Below are positions 29,373 through 39,181 of a stretch of 64,000 nucleotides of DNA, piece after piece. The first letter of the stretch is position 1. The number at the start of each line of letters is the position of its first letter. Source of the DNA: Candidatus Buchananbacteria bacterium. GTDB taxonomy: Bacteria; Patescibacteriota; Patescibacteriia; 2-01-FULL-39-33. Location: assembly GCA_030650095.1 (NCBI GenBank), contig JAUSEE010000007.1, positions 16,812 to 80,811 on the forward strand. The letters run 5' to 3'. The translations under genes were made by a program, and so were the position numbers. The notes beneath the pieces were generated by a model. The model worked only from the letters and a program-made list of their open reading frames with translations, ran no database searches and was not told the origin of the DNA.

Positions 29373-30205
29373 AATTTTTCTATTTCTTGCAAAACCTCAG
29401 CCGGACTGCCTAAGAAATAACGCTTGCCATCTTTGGGATTGATATACCAAGCCGCCTTGTTTTGTTCTACCTGTATTAAAATCAGACCCTTGTTCAAATC
29501 AGAAAAAACAGGGTTAATCGGCAACTTGCCAGTTCCCAGGGGATTATAACGGCTAAGTATTTCCGCTTTGTCAGAGAAAGTGTCACCATCAGTGTCTTTT
29601 TTATTTATATCCGTACCTAAAGCCGTTTCAATAGCATTGGACAAGCCGTCTTCATCCGTATCTTCTCCTCCAAAATTATACTCGGCTAAAGGAACCTTGG
29701 AGATATCGGCCGCTGAAACTCCCGTGCTGAAATTGATTAAAAAAGAATAAATATTGGCGTCAGCCGAACCTAACTTAACTTTAAAATTTTGGTATTTATT
29801 AATCAGCTGGGTTTGCTCTGCGGTAGCTTTCTGCAAATCAGCCGTTTTTTGATCCAACACAACCTGATTGTCGGCCAAGGATTTTTCCAGCTCGGAAATC
29901 TGCCTTTGCCTTTCAATAGATTGCTTTTCGGAATCGCTTAAACTTTGAGTGGTTATTTTAAGGCTTTGATTGGCCGCCGTAATATTGTTAACTAGTTTTA
30001 CATTTTCATTGTAAACAAACACCACATAAGCCGTCATGCTCAAAAAAACAACTGATAAAATTATATAAAAAACCCACCTCTGCCAATGCCTTTTTTTGAT
30101 TTCATAGTGAATTTGCCTGTCTTTATAATCCATCGAGCTTAACTCGGTGGAATTGAAATCAGGCTGAGGCGGTGAGGTGAAAGGAGACGGGTTTGAGGGA
30201 TCCAT
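29369..30205 (-). CDS. Membrane-anchored coiled-coil protein with TSP3-like repeats and a C-terminal LIQVE..AWYINP.DGKRYFLG module
   Basis: Probable start MDPSNP at 30205; TM; coiled coil; DTDEDGLS, DTDGDTFSD. Confidence 0.75.
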   Translation of the reverse strand: MDPSNPSPFTSPPQPDFNSTELSSMDYKDRQIHYEIKKRHWQRWVFYIILSVVFLSMTAYVVFVYNENVKLVNNITAANQSLKITTQSLSDSEKQSIERQRQISELEKSLADNQVVLDQKTADLQKATAEQTQLINKYQNFKVKLGSADANIYSFLINFSTGVSAADISKVPLAEYNFGGEDTDEDGLSNAIETALGTDINKKDTDGDTFSDKAEILSRYNPLGTGKLPINPVFSDLNKGLILIQVEQNKAAWYINPKDGKRYFLGSPAEVLQEIEKL

Positions 30206-30343
30206 AAGATTATGATTATTTTTATAGTCTGTTTTAATTATACCAAAATAGTTAATCCATTGTAAGATGGCAAAGCCTAATCGGCCCAAACAAAAAAACC
30301 TGACAACATAAACATTATCAGGATTAAAAATTAGAATAAATTT

Positions 30344-30376
30344 TTAGCCACGGTTTGCTAGTTTTAAGATAGGCAT
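30344..30376 (-). CDS. Candidate 10-aa micropeptide MPILKLANRG (or small RNA)
   Basis: AGGAGG just upstream of ATG, TGGTATAAT promoter upstream, CCTGA/TCAGG hairpin plus T-run downstream. Confidence 0.3.
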   Translation of the reverse strand: MPILKLANRG

Positions 30377-30436
30377 TGCCTCCTGGCAAATTTGATTTAT
30401 TTAATTATACCACTATTTGAAATAAAAAAATAATCT

Positions 30437-31816
30437 TTAGGACAAAAAATCAAGGAGTGATTGGTATTGATTGATTAGAAAATCAGAGCGATACTGCTTA
30501 TTCCGGCTGTTTTCAGTTTCAATTTTAGCCTTAAGATAATTTATAACCTCTTCTTTTCTGCCCAGCTTCGACATCTCCAAAAGCAAAGCTATGCGTATTT
30601 TATGATCAGAGCCACGGCCAAATAAATTTTCATACAAACTTATGATTTTATCAACATCCTCTGAAGTAAAATCTTCCGTCTCCTGTTTTTGTTTAACTTC
30701 GGCTATAAAATCAGTCCAAATTTTTGGTTTCTTGGCTGATAATTTAGCCAGGAGTGTTTCCGGATCGCCCAAGCGGCTAATTCTGGTCTCCTGTTCGCGA
30801 TCAGCCTCTGTTTTAGACAATTGTTTGACAATGCTAATGATGCCCCGATCAGAAGGACGGGTATGTTCGGGCCCGGATTGATAGACGCTTTTTACGTCTG
30901 AATCTTTTTCTGGATTTATTTCTTTAGCCGAACCAAAATCAATTATTTCCAAATTGCCGTCTTCATCAATCATAATATTTCTCGGATGAAGATCACGATG
31001 ATAAATGCCATGCTTATGCAAAGCACTAATGGCTTTAGATAAATTGTCGGCGTGCTTTCTGTCCAATATTCCTTTGTAAGCGATATCTTGATTTATAGTC
31101 CTGGCAATTTGCGCCCTCTCTTGGGAAGCTTGGGGCGAATCGTCAAAATTGCTATATTTGTTTTTAATGCCAGCCAAATGGTGCACTAAATTAATCAAAG
31201 AATTAACATCTATCCGCTGCAGATGGCTTTCCAAATCCAGATCCGGATAAGCCTCATTAAACTCCGATTCATGCTCTCTAACATAAGCTTGATACATCAG
31301 CCTGGCCAAATCTTGGCCCGGAACCAAATCCATAGAAATTATTTCCACTATTCTTTCCGGACCGATTTTAATGCCCAGTGATTTTAAATGTTTGGCAATG
31401 TCGTCGCTGGTAATCACCAGTTCGCGAAAATTCCTAGGTTTAGGCACTTTAACTCCTTCTATTTTTTCTTCTTTGAGAACCCGCCTGGCCTTTTTTTGTA
31501 AATCATATTCATGGCGCCCCTCGGTGCCGGTGTATATCTTAAGAAGCTTAAGAGCCACCTTTTCATCTTCTTCGCTATCATCTTCCGAATTTTCAGAAAA
31601 ATAATCTCTCACTTCTTCTGGCAGATTGGTGGTGTCTAATTCTAAAATTATGCCATTATTGCCTTCGTTGATTTTAACAGCCGCTTCGCTGGTTAAAACC
31701 CTCTCTAACATTTGATCCAATTCCCTTTCTTTTTCTTCCGCCGTAGCCTGTTCTGGAGTTATATTGTAATAACCCATGGATTCAATCGGCCTTTTTGGTT
31801 GTTTTTCTGGATTCAT
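30437..31816 (-). CDS. Protein-kinase-like fold protein (Ser/Thr kinase or Kdo/RIO-like)
   Basis: EGNNGII glycine-loop-like, VALK, HRDLHPRNIM catalytic loop, IIDFG. Confidence 0.8.
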   Translation of the reverse strand: MNPEKQPKRPIESMGYYNITPEQATAEEKERELDQMLERVLTSEAAVKINEGNNGIILELDTTNLPEEVRDYFSENSEDDSEEDEKVALKLLKIYTGTEGRHEYDLQKKARRVLKEEKIEGVKVPKPRNFRELVITSDDIAKHLKSLGIKIGPERIVEIISMDLVPGQDLARLMYQAYVREHESEFNEAYPDLDLESHLQRIDVNSLINLVHHLAGIKNKYSNFDDSPQASQERAQIARTINQDIAYKGILDRKHADNLSKAISALHKHGIYHRDLHPRNIMIDEDGNLEIIDFGSAKEINPEKDSDVKSVYQSGPEHTRPSDRGIISIVKQLSKTEADREQETRISRLGDPETLLAKLSAKKPKIWTDFIAEVKQKQETEDFTSEDVDKIISLYENLFGRGSDHKIRIALLLEMSKLGRKEEVINYLKAKIETENSRNKQYRSDFLINQYQSLLDFLS

Positions 31817-31951
31817 AAATGATTATTTATGATTATTATTTTTCACTTTACCACCTTATTTGAAAGATAGCAATAATTTATTGATTAAATAAAATGTCAT
31901 AATAATACCTTTTTATTGCCAAGAAGGCTTATTTACGATACTATAATTATT

Positions 31952-33421
31952 ATGAAAACAACTTTACCGCAAATCGCCATAGTCGGCAGGGCCAATGTCG
32001 GCAAATCAACTCTTTTCAACCGCTTAGTAGAAAAAAACAAAGCGCTTGTTTCGGCTATTTCCGGCACCACTCGAGACCGCAACATTGATAAGGTATCTTG
32101 GCAAGGCAAAGAATTTATTGTCATTGATACCGGGGGACTAGATATAGAAAGAAAACAAACGGGTAAAATCGAAATAAATATTGTCAAACAAGCTCACAAA
32201 GCCATCGATGATGCCGATTTGATCTTGTTTTTAATCGACATAAAAGCCGGCGTTCTCTCCACAGATAAAGAACTGGCCAGGGAAATAATAAAAAGCGGCA
32301 AAAAAAACAAAACCATTCTAGTCGGCAATAAAGCCGATTCCATAAAATACCACCAAATGGCCGGTGATTTGTACGCCCTTAACCTAGGTGAACCGCATAT
32401 GATTTCGGCTGCCAACGGATCCGGTTGCGGCGATTTGCTGGATATGTTAACCGGCATTCTGCCTAAGCGAAAAGCAAAAATAAGGCCGGACAGAAAGAAG
32501 GCGGAAATAAAGGTAGCCATTGTGGGCAAGCCCAATGTCGGAAAATCATCAATTTTAAATTCTATTTTAGGCGAAGAAAGAGTGATTGTCACCGATATCG
32601 CCCACACCACCCGCGAATCGCAGGACATCGGCTTTTCTTATAAAGAAAATGATTTTATTTTAATTGATACGGCCGGCATAGTCAGAAAAAGCAAAATCGG
32701 CCATAAAACATTGGAAAGGAAATCAATCGACAAATCGCTTCATACTATAGACCAGGCTGATGTGGTGGTTTTTGTGACTGAAGCCCAGAAGAAAATAGAT
32801 TCTTTGGATAAAAAAGTCACCCAAGAAATATTAGACAGCGGCAAGTCGCTTATTATTGTTGCCAACAAGTGGGATCTGATACCCGAAAAAGACACCAACA
32901 CTATAAATCAATACGTTGATTATTATTATAATCAATTCCCCTACCTGTGGTGGGCTCCCATTATTTTTGTCTCGGCCAAAGACGAAGTTCGAACCAGAAA
33001 AATATTGGATATGATACTTGATATCCAAAAATCAAAACAAATACAAATTTCCAACAGCCAATTGGATAAGTTTTTAAAATACCAAGTCAGCCGTCATCGC
33101 CCGTCACGAGGCCGGGGCTTAAAGAATCCTTATATCTATAAAATAGAGCAGGTTAGCACCAATCCTCCCCGCTTCATGGTTTATGTTAATGATCCGAAAA
33201 TATTACATTTTTCCTATTTAAGATTCTTACAAAACAATATCAGGCAAAAATTCAATATCTTGGGCACGCCCATTCAAATCGAAACAAAGAAATGGAATGT
33301 CTTAATTGAAGCCAAAGAAAACAAAAAATACGGCAACGAAGAAGGCATTGCCAAACAAAGATCAAGGGAATTAGCCCAAAGAAAAAACAAAAAGCATGAA
33401 AGTCATAGTCGGCCTAGGTAA
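31952..33421 (+). CDS. der: Ribosome biogenesis GTPase Der (EngA)
   Basis: Two G-domains GRANVGKS and GKPNVGKS, DTGG/DTAG, KH-like C-terminus; ATG at 31952. Confidence 0.97.
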   Translation: MKTTLPQIAIVGRANVGKSTLFNRLVEKNKALVSAISGTTRDRNIDKVSWQGKEFIVIDTGGLDIERKQTGKIEINIVKQAHKAIDDADLILFLIDIKAGVLSTDKELAREIIKSGKKNKTILVGNKADSIKYHQMAGDLYALNLGEPHMISAANGSGCGDLLDMLTGILPKRKAKIRPDRKKAEIKVAIVGKPNVGKSSILNSILGEERVIVTDIAHTTRESQDIGFSYKENDFILIDTAGIVRKSKIGHKTLERKSIDKSLHTIDQADVVVFVTEAQKKIDSLDKKVTQEILDSGKSLIIVANKWDLIPEKDTNTINQYVDYYYNQFPYLWWAPIIFVSAKDEVRTRKILDMILDIQKSKQIQISNSQLDKFLKYQVSRHRPSRGRGLKNPYIYKIEQVSTNPPRFMVYVNDPKILHFSYLRFLQNNIRQKFNILGTPIQIETKKWNVLIEAKENKKYGNEEGIAKQRSRELAQRKNKKHESHSRPR

Positions 33422-33962
33422 CCCAGGCAAAGAATACGCCAAAACTTGGCACAACATCGGATTTTTAGCCATAGATAATATAGCTGATGTTTTTAATTTT
33501 AAAAATTTTCAAGAAGAAAAAAAATTTCAAGCGGAAATATCCACCGGCAGCCTAGCGGATCAAAAAATCATCCTGGTAAAACCGCAAACCTATATGAATA
33601 ATTCTGGCGCCGCCGTTGGAGCCATAATCAAATATTATAAAATAGAGCCGGCAGATATTATTGTTATCCATGATGACATTGATTTGCCCCTGGGCCGAAT
33701 AAAGATTATTAAAGATTCTTCAGCCGGCGGACACAACGGGGTGAAATCAATCATCCAACATATTAAAACTCAAGATTTTGCCAGAGTAAGAATAGGCGTG
33801 GCTACACCCAAAAAAGAAAAGATTGGCAGCGCTGATTATGTCCTGACTAAAATAGGCTTTTTGCAATCAAGTAAAGCCAAAGAGACCATAAAAAAAACCG
33901 CTTCAGCAGTTGAAGAAGCGGTTAATATTTCGCTTAAAAGCGCAATGAACAAATTTAATTAA
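33396..33962 (+). CDS. pth: Peptidyl-tRNA hydrolase
   Basis: IVGLGNPG..Y..T.HNIGF, KPQTYMNNSG, HDDIDL, GGHNG. Confidence 0.97.
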   Translation: MKVIVGLGNPGKEYAKTWHNIGFLAIDNIADVFNFKNFQEEKKFQAEISTGSLADQKIILVKPQTYMNNSGAAVGAIIKYYKIEPADIIVIHDDIDLPLGRIKIIKDSSAGGHNGVKSIIQHIKTQDFARVRIGVATPKKEKIGSADYVLTKIGFLQSSKAKETIKKTASAVEEAVNISLKSAMNKFN

Positions 33963-33977
33963 TAAAAGTGAGAAAAG

Positions 33978-34064
33978 TGGTGCCCGAAAAGGGATTTGAA
34001 CCCTTATGACTCTAAAGTCAACGGATTTTAAGTCCGTCGTGTCTGCCAATTCCACCATTGGGGC
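33978..34064 (-). tRNA. tRNA-Leu(TAA), CCA encoded, one acceptor-stem mismatch
   Basis: GCCCCAATGGTGGAATTGGCAGACACGACGGACTTAAAATCCGT...GGGTTCAAATCCCTTTTCGGGCACCA; long variable arm. Confidence 0.85.
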
Positions 34065-34078
34065 ACTGGTTAGCGATT

Positions 34079-34154
34079 TGGTCGGAATAGATGGATTTGG
34101 ACCACCGTCCTCTCTGCACCGGGCAGAGCGCTCTACGAGCTGAGCTATATCCAG
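34079..34154 (-). tRNA. Non-canonical or degenerate tRNA-Pro(CGG), CCA encoded
   Basis: CTGGATATAGCTCAGCTCGTAGAGCGCTCTGCCCGGTGCAGAGAGGACGGTGGTCCAAATCCATCTATTCCGACCA: cloverleaf intact but C18, C33, T37, C55 and a 2:71 mismatch. Confidence 0.6.
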
Positions 34155-34190
34155 TTAAACTAAAGACGCATCTAAGTGCGAAAGTGGCTT

Positions 34191-34267
34191 TGGAGCGAGG
34201 GGCCGGAGTTGAACCGACACATTAAGGCTTTGCAGGCCTCCGCCTTACCTGATTTGGCTACCCCCGC
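34191..34267 (-). tRNA. tRNA-Cys(GCA), CCA encoded
   Basis: GCGGGGGTAGCCAAATCAGGTAAGGCGGAGGCCTGCAAAGCCTT...GGTTCAACTCCGGCCCCTCGCTCCA; U73 discriminator. Confidence 0.88.
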
Positions 34268-34493
34268 TCGGATTGGAATGTTCAAAAGATAATAGATACT
34301 ATCCTGCCTACTAGTATATGATAATACTCATAAAGAGTAAAATCATAATTAGCGATAAATCAAGCCACCAGGAGGGGGATAACCAGACCTATCAACTAGC
34401 AGACAGAATAATACCTGTTATCTGCTTACAACATCAGACATTATCAGATAGCTATTCATTTGTCAATATTAATTAGACTAATAACTTTAGCCA

Positions 34494-35612
34494 GTGGAGG
34501 GATTAATAATTGAAAACAATAAGCCTGATAACCACTTAAAATATTGGGTGGCTTATTCTAGAATTCAAAAAATCGGTCCGGTAAATTTTAAAAAACTGAT
34601 CGATTTTTTTAGTGATCTTAAAATGGCTTGGCAAGCCAGCCAAAAGCAATTAATCTCCGCCGGTTTAGATGAAAACCTAGCCAGTGAAATAATAATACAG
34701 AGGCAGGAAATAAATCCGGAAGAGGAAATGGCATTAATGGCCAGAGAAAATGTCCAAGCTGTTATCTTAACCGATGACAATTACCCTAGTAATTTAAAAG
34801 AAATATTTAACCCGCCTCCTGTCTTATATTATCGCGGATCAATTGATTTTTTAAAAAACACTTGTTTGGCTGTCGTCGGCACAAGAAAATTTTCCAGTTA
34901 CGGCCAGCAAGCCACCGCAGAAATTGTCAGCCAGTTGGCTAAAAGCGGCCTTACTATCATATCCGGTTTAGCTTTTGGCATTGATGCCATGGCGCATAAA
35001 GCCTGTTTGGAGGCCGGCGGAAAAACCATAGCGATTTTAGGATCGGGCCCGGACAAGCAATGCGTTTTTCCCTCCAGCAACAGATATATTGCCGACAAGA
35101 TAATCAATGCCGGCGGTGGCCTTATAGCCGAATATCCTATCGGCACCTACCCGACCAAATACACCTTTCCCATGAGAAACCGCATCATTTCCGGATTATC
35201 CAAGGCTGTCTTAATAATAGAGGCGCCCAAGAGTTCCGGCTCGCTTATCACTGCGCGCTACGGCCTGGACCAAAACAGGGACATATTCGCCCTCCCGGGA
35301 AGCATTTACAGCGCTAACAGCCAAGGCACCAATAACTTGATAAAAGAGGGCGCAAAATTAATCACCAGCGCCGATGATATCCTGCAAGAATTAAACATCC
35401 AAACCGTCTTTGAAAAATTAAAAAGCCAACCACAAATTGACAACAACGAAGAAAAAATAGTCTTAGATTTATTATCTAAAGAACCCATGCACATTGACAA
35501 AATAAAAAAAATGAGTAAACTTAATATTAATGTCCTCTTGAGCACTTTAACGATCATGGAAATAAAAAGCCTGATAAAAGACCTGGGAGGAAAAAATTAC
35601 ATCAGAAATTAA
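34494..35612 (+). CDS. dprA: DNA-protecting protein DprA
   Basis: YPSNLKEIFNPP.LYYRG, AVVGTR, SGLAFGID, FPMRNRIISGLS, SGSLITA. Confidence 0.96.
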   Translation: MEGLIIENNKPDNHLKYWVAYSRIQKIGPVNFKKLIDFFSDLKMAWQASQKQLISAGLDENLASEIIIQRQEINPEEEMALMARENVQAVILTDDNYPSNLKEIFNPPPVLYYRGSIDFLKNTCLAVVGTRKFSSYGQQATAEIVSQLAKSGLTIISGLAFGIDAMAHKACLEAGGKTIAILGSGPDKQCVFPSSNRYIADKIINAGGGLIAEYPIGTYPTKYTFPMRNRIISGLSKAVLIIEAPKSSGSLITARYGLDQNRDIFALPGSIYSANSQGTNNLIKEGAKLITSADDILQELNIQTVFEKLKSQPQIDNNEEKIVLDLLSKEPMHIDKIKKMSKLNINVLLSTLTIMEIKSLIKDLGGKNYIRN

Positions 35613-35622
35613 CAATACCAAA

Positions 35623-37821
35623 ATGAAAAATCTGGTCATAGTGGAATCACCAACTAAAGCCAAAACAATATCAAAATTTTTATCTAAGGATTTTAAAATA
35701 GAATCCTCTTTTGGCCATGTTCGCGATTTGCCGGCCAGCAAATTGGGAGTTGATGTTGATCATGATTTTGAGCCTACCTATACCATCCCAGCTAAAGCTA
35801 AAAAAAGAGTCAAGGAATTAAGCGCTTTGGCTAAAAAAGCCGATCTGATCTATTTCGCCACTGACGAAGACCGCGAAGGCGAGGCTATTTCTTGGCACTT
35901 GGCCCAGATATTTAAAACTCCAATAGCTAAAACCAAAAGAATAACTTTCCATGAGATAACCGAGGAGGCCATTAAAGAAGCGCTAAAAAATCCTCGAGCG
36001 ATTGATATTGACATGGTTGATTCCCAGCAGGCCCGCCGAATTTTAGATCGCCTGGTGGGTTATAAGCTCTCCCCTTTCTTATGGAAAAAAGTAGCTCGCG
36101 GACTTTCAGCCGGCCGGGTTCAATCCGTGGTTGTCAGGCTACTGGTGGAAAAAGAAAGGGAAATACAAGATTTTAAAATCGAAGAATATTGGGAAATAAC
36201 CGGTGATTTTAAAACAGAAAAAAATGAAGACTTTACAGCTAAGCTGCAAAAAGTAAATGGCAAGACTTTAGATAAAATGGCCATAACATCAGATCAGGAA
36301 GCCAACAAGCTAACCCAGGAACTGGAAACACAAAAATATTACATCTCTGATATCTCTAAAAAAGAAGTCAAAAGAAATCCTAATGCTCCTTTTACCACTT
36401 CCACCCTGCAACAAGAAGCGAATCATCGGTTGAATTTTTCGGCCAAACAGACCATGATGATAGCGCAAAAACTTTATGAAGGCATTGACATAAACGGCGA
36501 GTCAATAGGTTTGATAACTTATATGAGAACTGATTCCACTAATTTATCCACAAAATTCACCAGCGAAGCCGCCGACTATATAAATGATGAATTAGGCCGA
36601 GAGTATTTGAACACCAAGAAGTTTAAAACTAAAAGCAAAGGCGCTCAAGAAGCTCATGAAGCCATTCGTCCGACTTCGGCGGCCATGTATCCGGAATCGA
36701 TTAAGAAATCATTGAACGACCAGCAGTTCAAGCTTTATCAATTAATTTGGCAAAGAGCTGTTGCCAGCCAGATGGCTAGCGCCAAACTGGAAGCTACCTC
36801 GGTTGATATAAACACCCAAGACGATAAATATACTTTTAGAGTCAGCGGACAAGTGATTAAATTCGACGGCTTTTTAAAAATTTATCCCACTGCCACCAAA
36901 GACGAGATATTGCCGGAAATGGCAAAAGATGAAAAAGCCGAATTAATCGCCATTAAGCCCGCTCAAAAATTTACCCAACCGCCAGCCAGATATTCTGATG
37001 CCAGCTTGGTAAAAATACTGGAAGAAAAAGGCATCGGCCGGCCTTCCACTTACGCTCCGACTATTGCCACCGTCATTGAAAGGGGCTATGCTGAAAGAAT
37101 AGACAACAGGCGCCTTAAGCCGACAGAAATGGCTTTTGTAGTCAATGATCTTCTGGTCAAGCATTTTTCCGAGATAGTTGATTATGATTTTACCGCCAAA
37201 ATGGAAAATGATTTTGATGATATTTCCGAAGGCAAGAGGAAATGGCAGCCTGTCATTAAAGAATTTTATGAACCCTTCAATAAAAATCTTATGCAAAAAG
37301 AAAAAGAGTTGACCAAAAAAGAGATTACCGAAGAAAAAACTGACGAGAAATGCGAAAAATGCGGATCTCCGATGGTAATCAAAGTCGGACGCTTCGGCAA
37401 GTTCCTGGCTTGTTCCAATTACCCCACCTGCAAGAACACTAAAAAAATCTTAAGCAATGGCCAATTGGAAGAAAGGCCAGAGCCGAAAAAGCTAGACGAA
37501 AAATGTCCGGAATGCGGATCAAACCTGGTTCTTAGAACCGGCCGTTACGGCGAGTTCAAGGGCTGTTCCAATTATCCCAAATGCAAATACATTAAAAACG
37601 AAGCTGCTCAAGACTTAAATATGAAATGCCCCAAATGCCATGACGGCGATATTGTCACCAAAAGAAGCAAGAAGGGTTTATTTTACGGCTGTTCCAATTA
37701 TCCCAAATGCGATTTCGCCAGCTGGAATAAACCTCTGGATAAGAAATGCGAAAAATGCGGTTACCCCATGAGTGAAGACAAAAACGGCAATAGCAAATGC
37801 ACCAACAGGGATTGCAAATAA
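35623..37821 (+). CDS. topA: DNA topoisomerase I with C-terminal zinc ribbons
   Basis: LVIVESPTKAK, ATDEDREGE, SAGRVQS, ITYMRTDS, GIGRPSTYA; repeated CEKCG..GRFG.F..CSNYP.C. Confidence 0.99.
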   Translation: MKNLVIVESPTKAKTISKFLSKDFKIESSFGHVRDLPASKLGVDVDHDFEPTYTIPAKAKKRVKELSALAKKADLIYFATDEDREGEAISWHLAQIFKTPIAKTKRITFHEITEEAIKEALKNPRAIDIDMVDSQQARRILDRLVGYKLSPFLWKKVARGLSAGRVQSVVVRLLVEKEREIQDFKIEEYWEITGDFKTEKNEDFTAKLQKVNGKTLDKMAITSDQEANKLTQELETQKYYISDISKKEVKRNPNAPFTTSTLQQEANHRLNFSAKQTMMIAQKLYEGIDINGESIGLITYMRTDSTNLSTKFTSEAADYINDELGREYLNTKKFKTKSKGAQEAHEAIRPTSAAMYPESIKKSLNDQQFKLYQLIWQRAVASQMASAKLEATSVDINTQDDKYTFRVSGQVIKFDGFLKIYPTATKDEILPEMAKDEKAELIAIKPAQKFTQPPARYSDASLVKILEEKGIGRPSTYAPTIATVIERGYAERIDNRRLKPTEMAFVVNDLLVKHFSEIVDYDFTAKMENDFDDISEGKRKWQPVIKEFYEPFNKNLMQKEKELTKKEITEEKTDEKCEKCGSPMVIKVGRFGKFLACSNYPTCKNTKKILSNGQLEERPEPKKLDEKCPECGSNLVLRTGRYGEFKGCSNYPKCKYIKNEAAQDLNMKCPKCHDGDIVTKRSKKGLFYGCSNYPKCDFASWNKPLDKKCEKCGYPMSEDKNGNSKCTNRDCK

Positions 37822-37833
37822 ATCACTTTATAA

Positions 37834-37863
37834 TAAAACCTCGCCTATAGGCGAGGTTTTTTT
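37834..37863 (+). terminator. Terminator after topA
   Basis: AAAACCTCGCC-tata-GGCGAGGTTTTTT. Confidence 0.8.
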
Positions 37864-37907
37864 GGAATAAAAAAACTGTCCGGAGTTGGGCAGTTATTAT
37901 TTTTATA

Positions 37908-38249
37908 TCAAATACAATTGAAGAATAATAATTGAACAGCTTTATTTCCAAAAAAACTGATTATCGCCGTGGCTTCTTCTTCGGTTAAGGGATGATCTAA
38001 TCCGGGTATGCTTTTGCCGATTTTTTTCTGGATACGATATCGAATAACGTTAGAGAGATCGGGAATGGTTGGTTGCAAGCCATCAGCTACAACAGACTGG
38101 AGAGCCAATGTGGAAATTGATAGGGCGGAGCCAAAAATCATGCCAATAGACATAGCTCTTAAAAGATCCTGTTCATGGCTTTTGTGAAATGAAAAAACAT
38201 CCCTAAAATCTCGGCCTCTATCAGTATCTTCGGCATTTTCCAAATTCAT
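37908..38249 (-). CDS. Hypothetical protein (ORFan cassette)
   Basis: 113-aa ORF with AGGAG SD and an upstream TTGACA. Confidence 0.6.
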   Translation of the reverse strand: MNLENAEDTDRGRDFRDVFSFHKSHEQDLLRAMSIGMIFGSALSISTLALQSVVADGLQPTIPDLSNVIRYRIQKKIGKSIPGLDHPLTEEEATAIISFFGNKAVQLLFFNCI

Positions 38250-38386
38250 GGTTTTCTCCTTGTTGGTATTTTGCTCGTTTAAAATAAAGAACTGTTCTTG
38301 TTATAAAATAGACTACTTAGCTTAAATTGTCAAGATTATTATTAAATAAAAAAGAGCAGTTGATAACTGCTCCGGCAACTTTAAAA

Positions 38387-39181
38387 TCATTTCTTTAATA
38401 AAGCGATGATTTCTTGGTCTTTATTTTTAAGAGCCTCAGCGTCAATTTTAGACAGCAGTTCGCGCGCCAGACTGCTTACATTATAATCGCCGGCATGAGT
38501 GCAACTGATAAGATACCTGAAATTCCTGGTTAAATCTTCAACAGACCAACTGGACATGACTTTTAAGGCCAATTTGCAAGTTAGATAGCGGACATCATGG
38601 TTACTTGAATAGCGGAAACTCATAAGATAATGTATTTTTTCACTTAAACAATCATCGCTTATTTTAGAAGCCAATTCCACCGCCAAATCACGAACCTTAA
38701 AATTATATGATTTCTGGCATTTGATAAAATACTCCAAGTGCTTGGCTAAATGATCAGCGCTTATTTTAGCAGCCAACTTCCGAGCCTGGCCGCAGACATA
38801 AGGCGAAGTGCATTCCTGGGCGTTAACCAGGTATTTAACCATTTGAGCTAACTTATCTCTATCCCACTCAACTATCACTTTAATTGCCAAGGTGTAAAGA
38901 TTATTGCGAACGCCAAAATCATCTGATCGATCACAACTTATAATATAATCAATTCTTTCGGCCAATTTATCTTTATCCCAATTACTCATGGCTTGAGACA
39001 TGATCCTAAAAGCATAATAGCGAATTTCGGGATCATCCGACTGAGAACAATCTGCGATGTAATCAAACATCCCATTTAAGTCAAAGCCATCACTGCTGGT
39101 AGTCATTAAAATAACTTCCAAGGCCTCGGCGGTTGAATACGTTTGTGCCTCAACTGCCTTAAGCAAATCTCTTAATGACAT
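38387..39181 (-). CDS. HEAT/ARM-like alpha-helical repeat protein
   Basis: Six 34-38-aa repeats Y(I/L)xxCxxSxxxxVRxxAxxL; AGGAG SD and own TTGACA..TAGAAT promoter. Confidence 0.75.
   Translation of the reverse strand: MSLRDLLKAVEAQTYSTAEALEVILMTTSSDGFDLNGMFDYIADCSQSDDPEIRYYAFRIMSQAMSNWDKDKLAERIDYIISCDRSDDFGVRNNLYTLAIKVIVEWDRDKLAQMVKYLVNAQECTSPYVCGQARKLAAKISADHLAKHLEYFIKCQKSYNFKVRDLAVELASKISDDCLSEKIHYLMSFRYSSNHDVRYLTCKLALKVMSSWSVEDLTRNFRYLISCTHAGDYNVSSLARELLSKIDAEALKNKDQEIIALLKK

Noticed and set aside
37345-37760. Nucleotide repeats at the end of topA
   Set aside because: Explained by the tandem zinc-ribbon domains.
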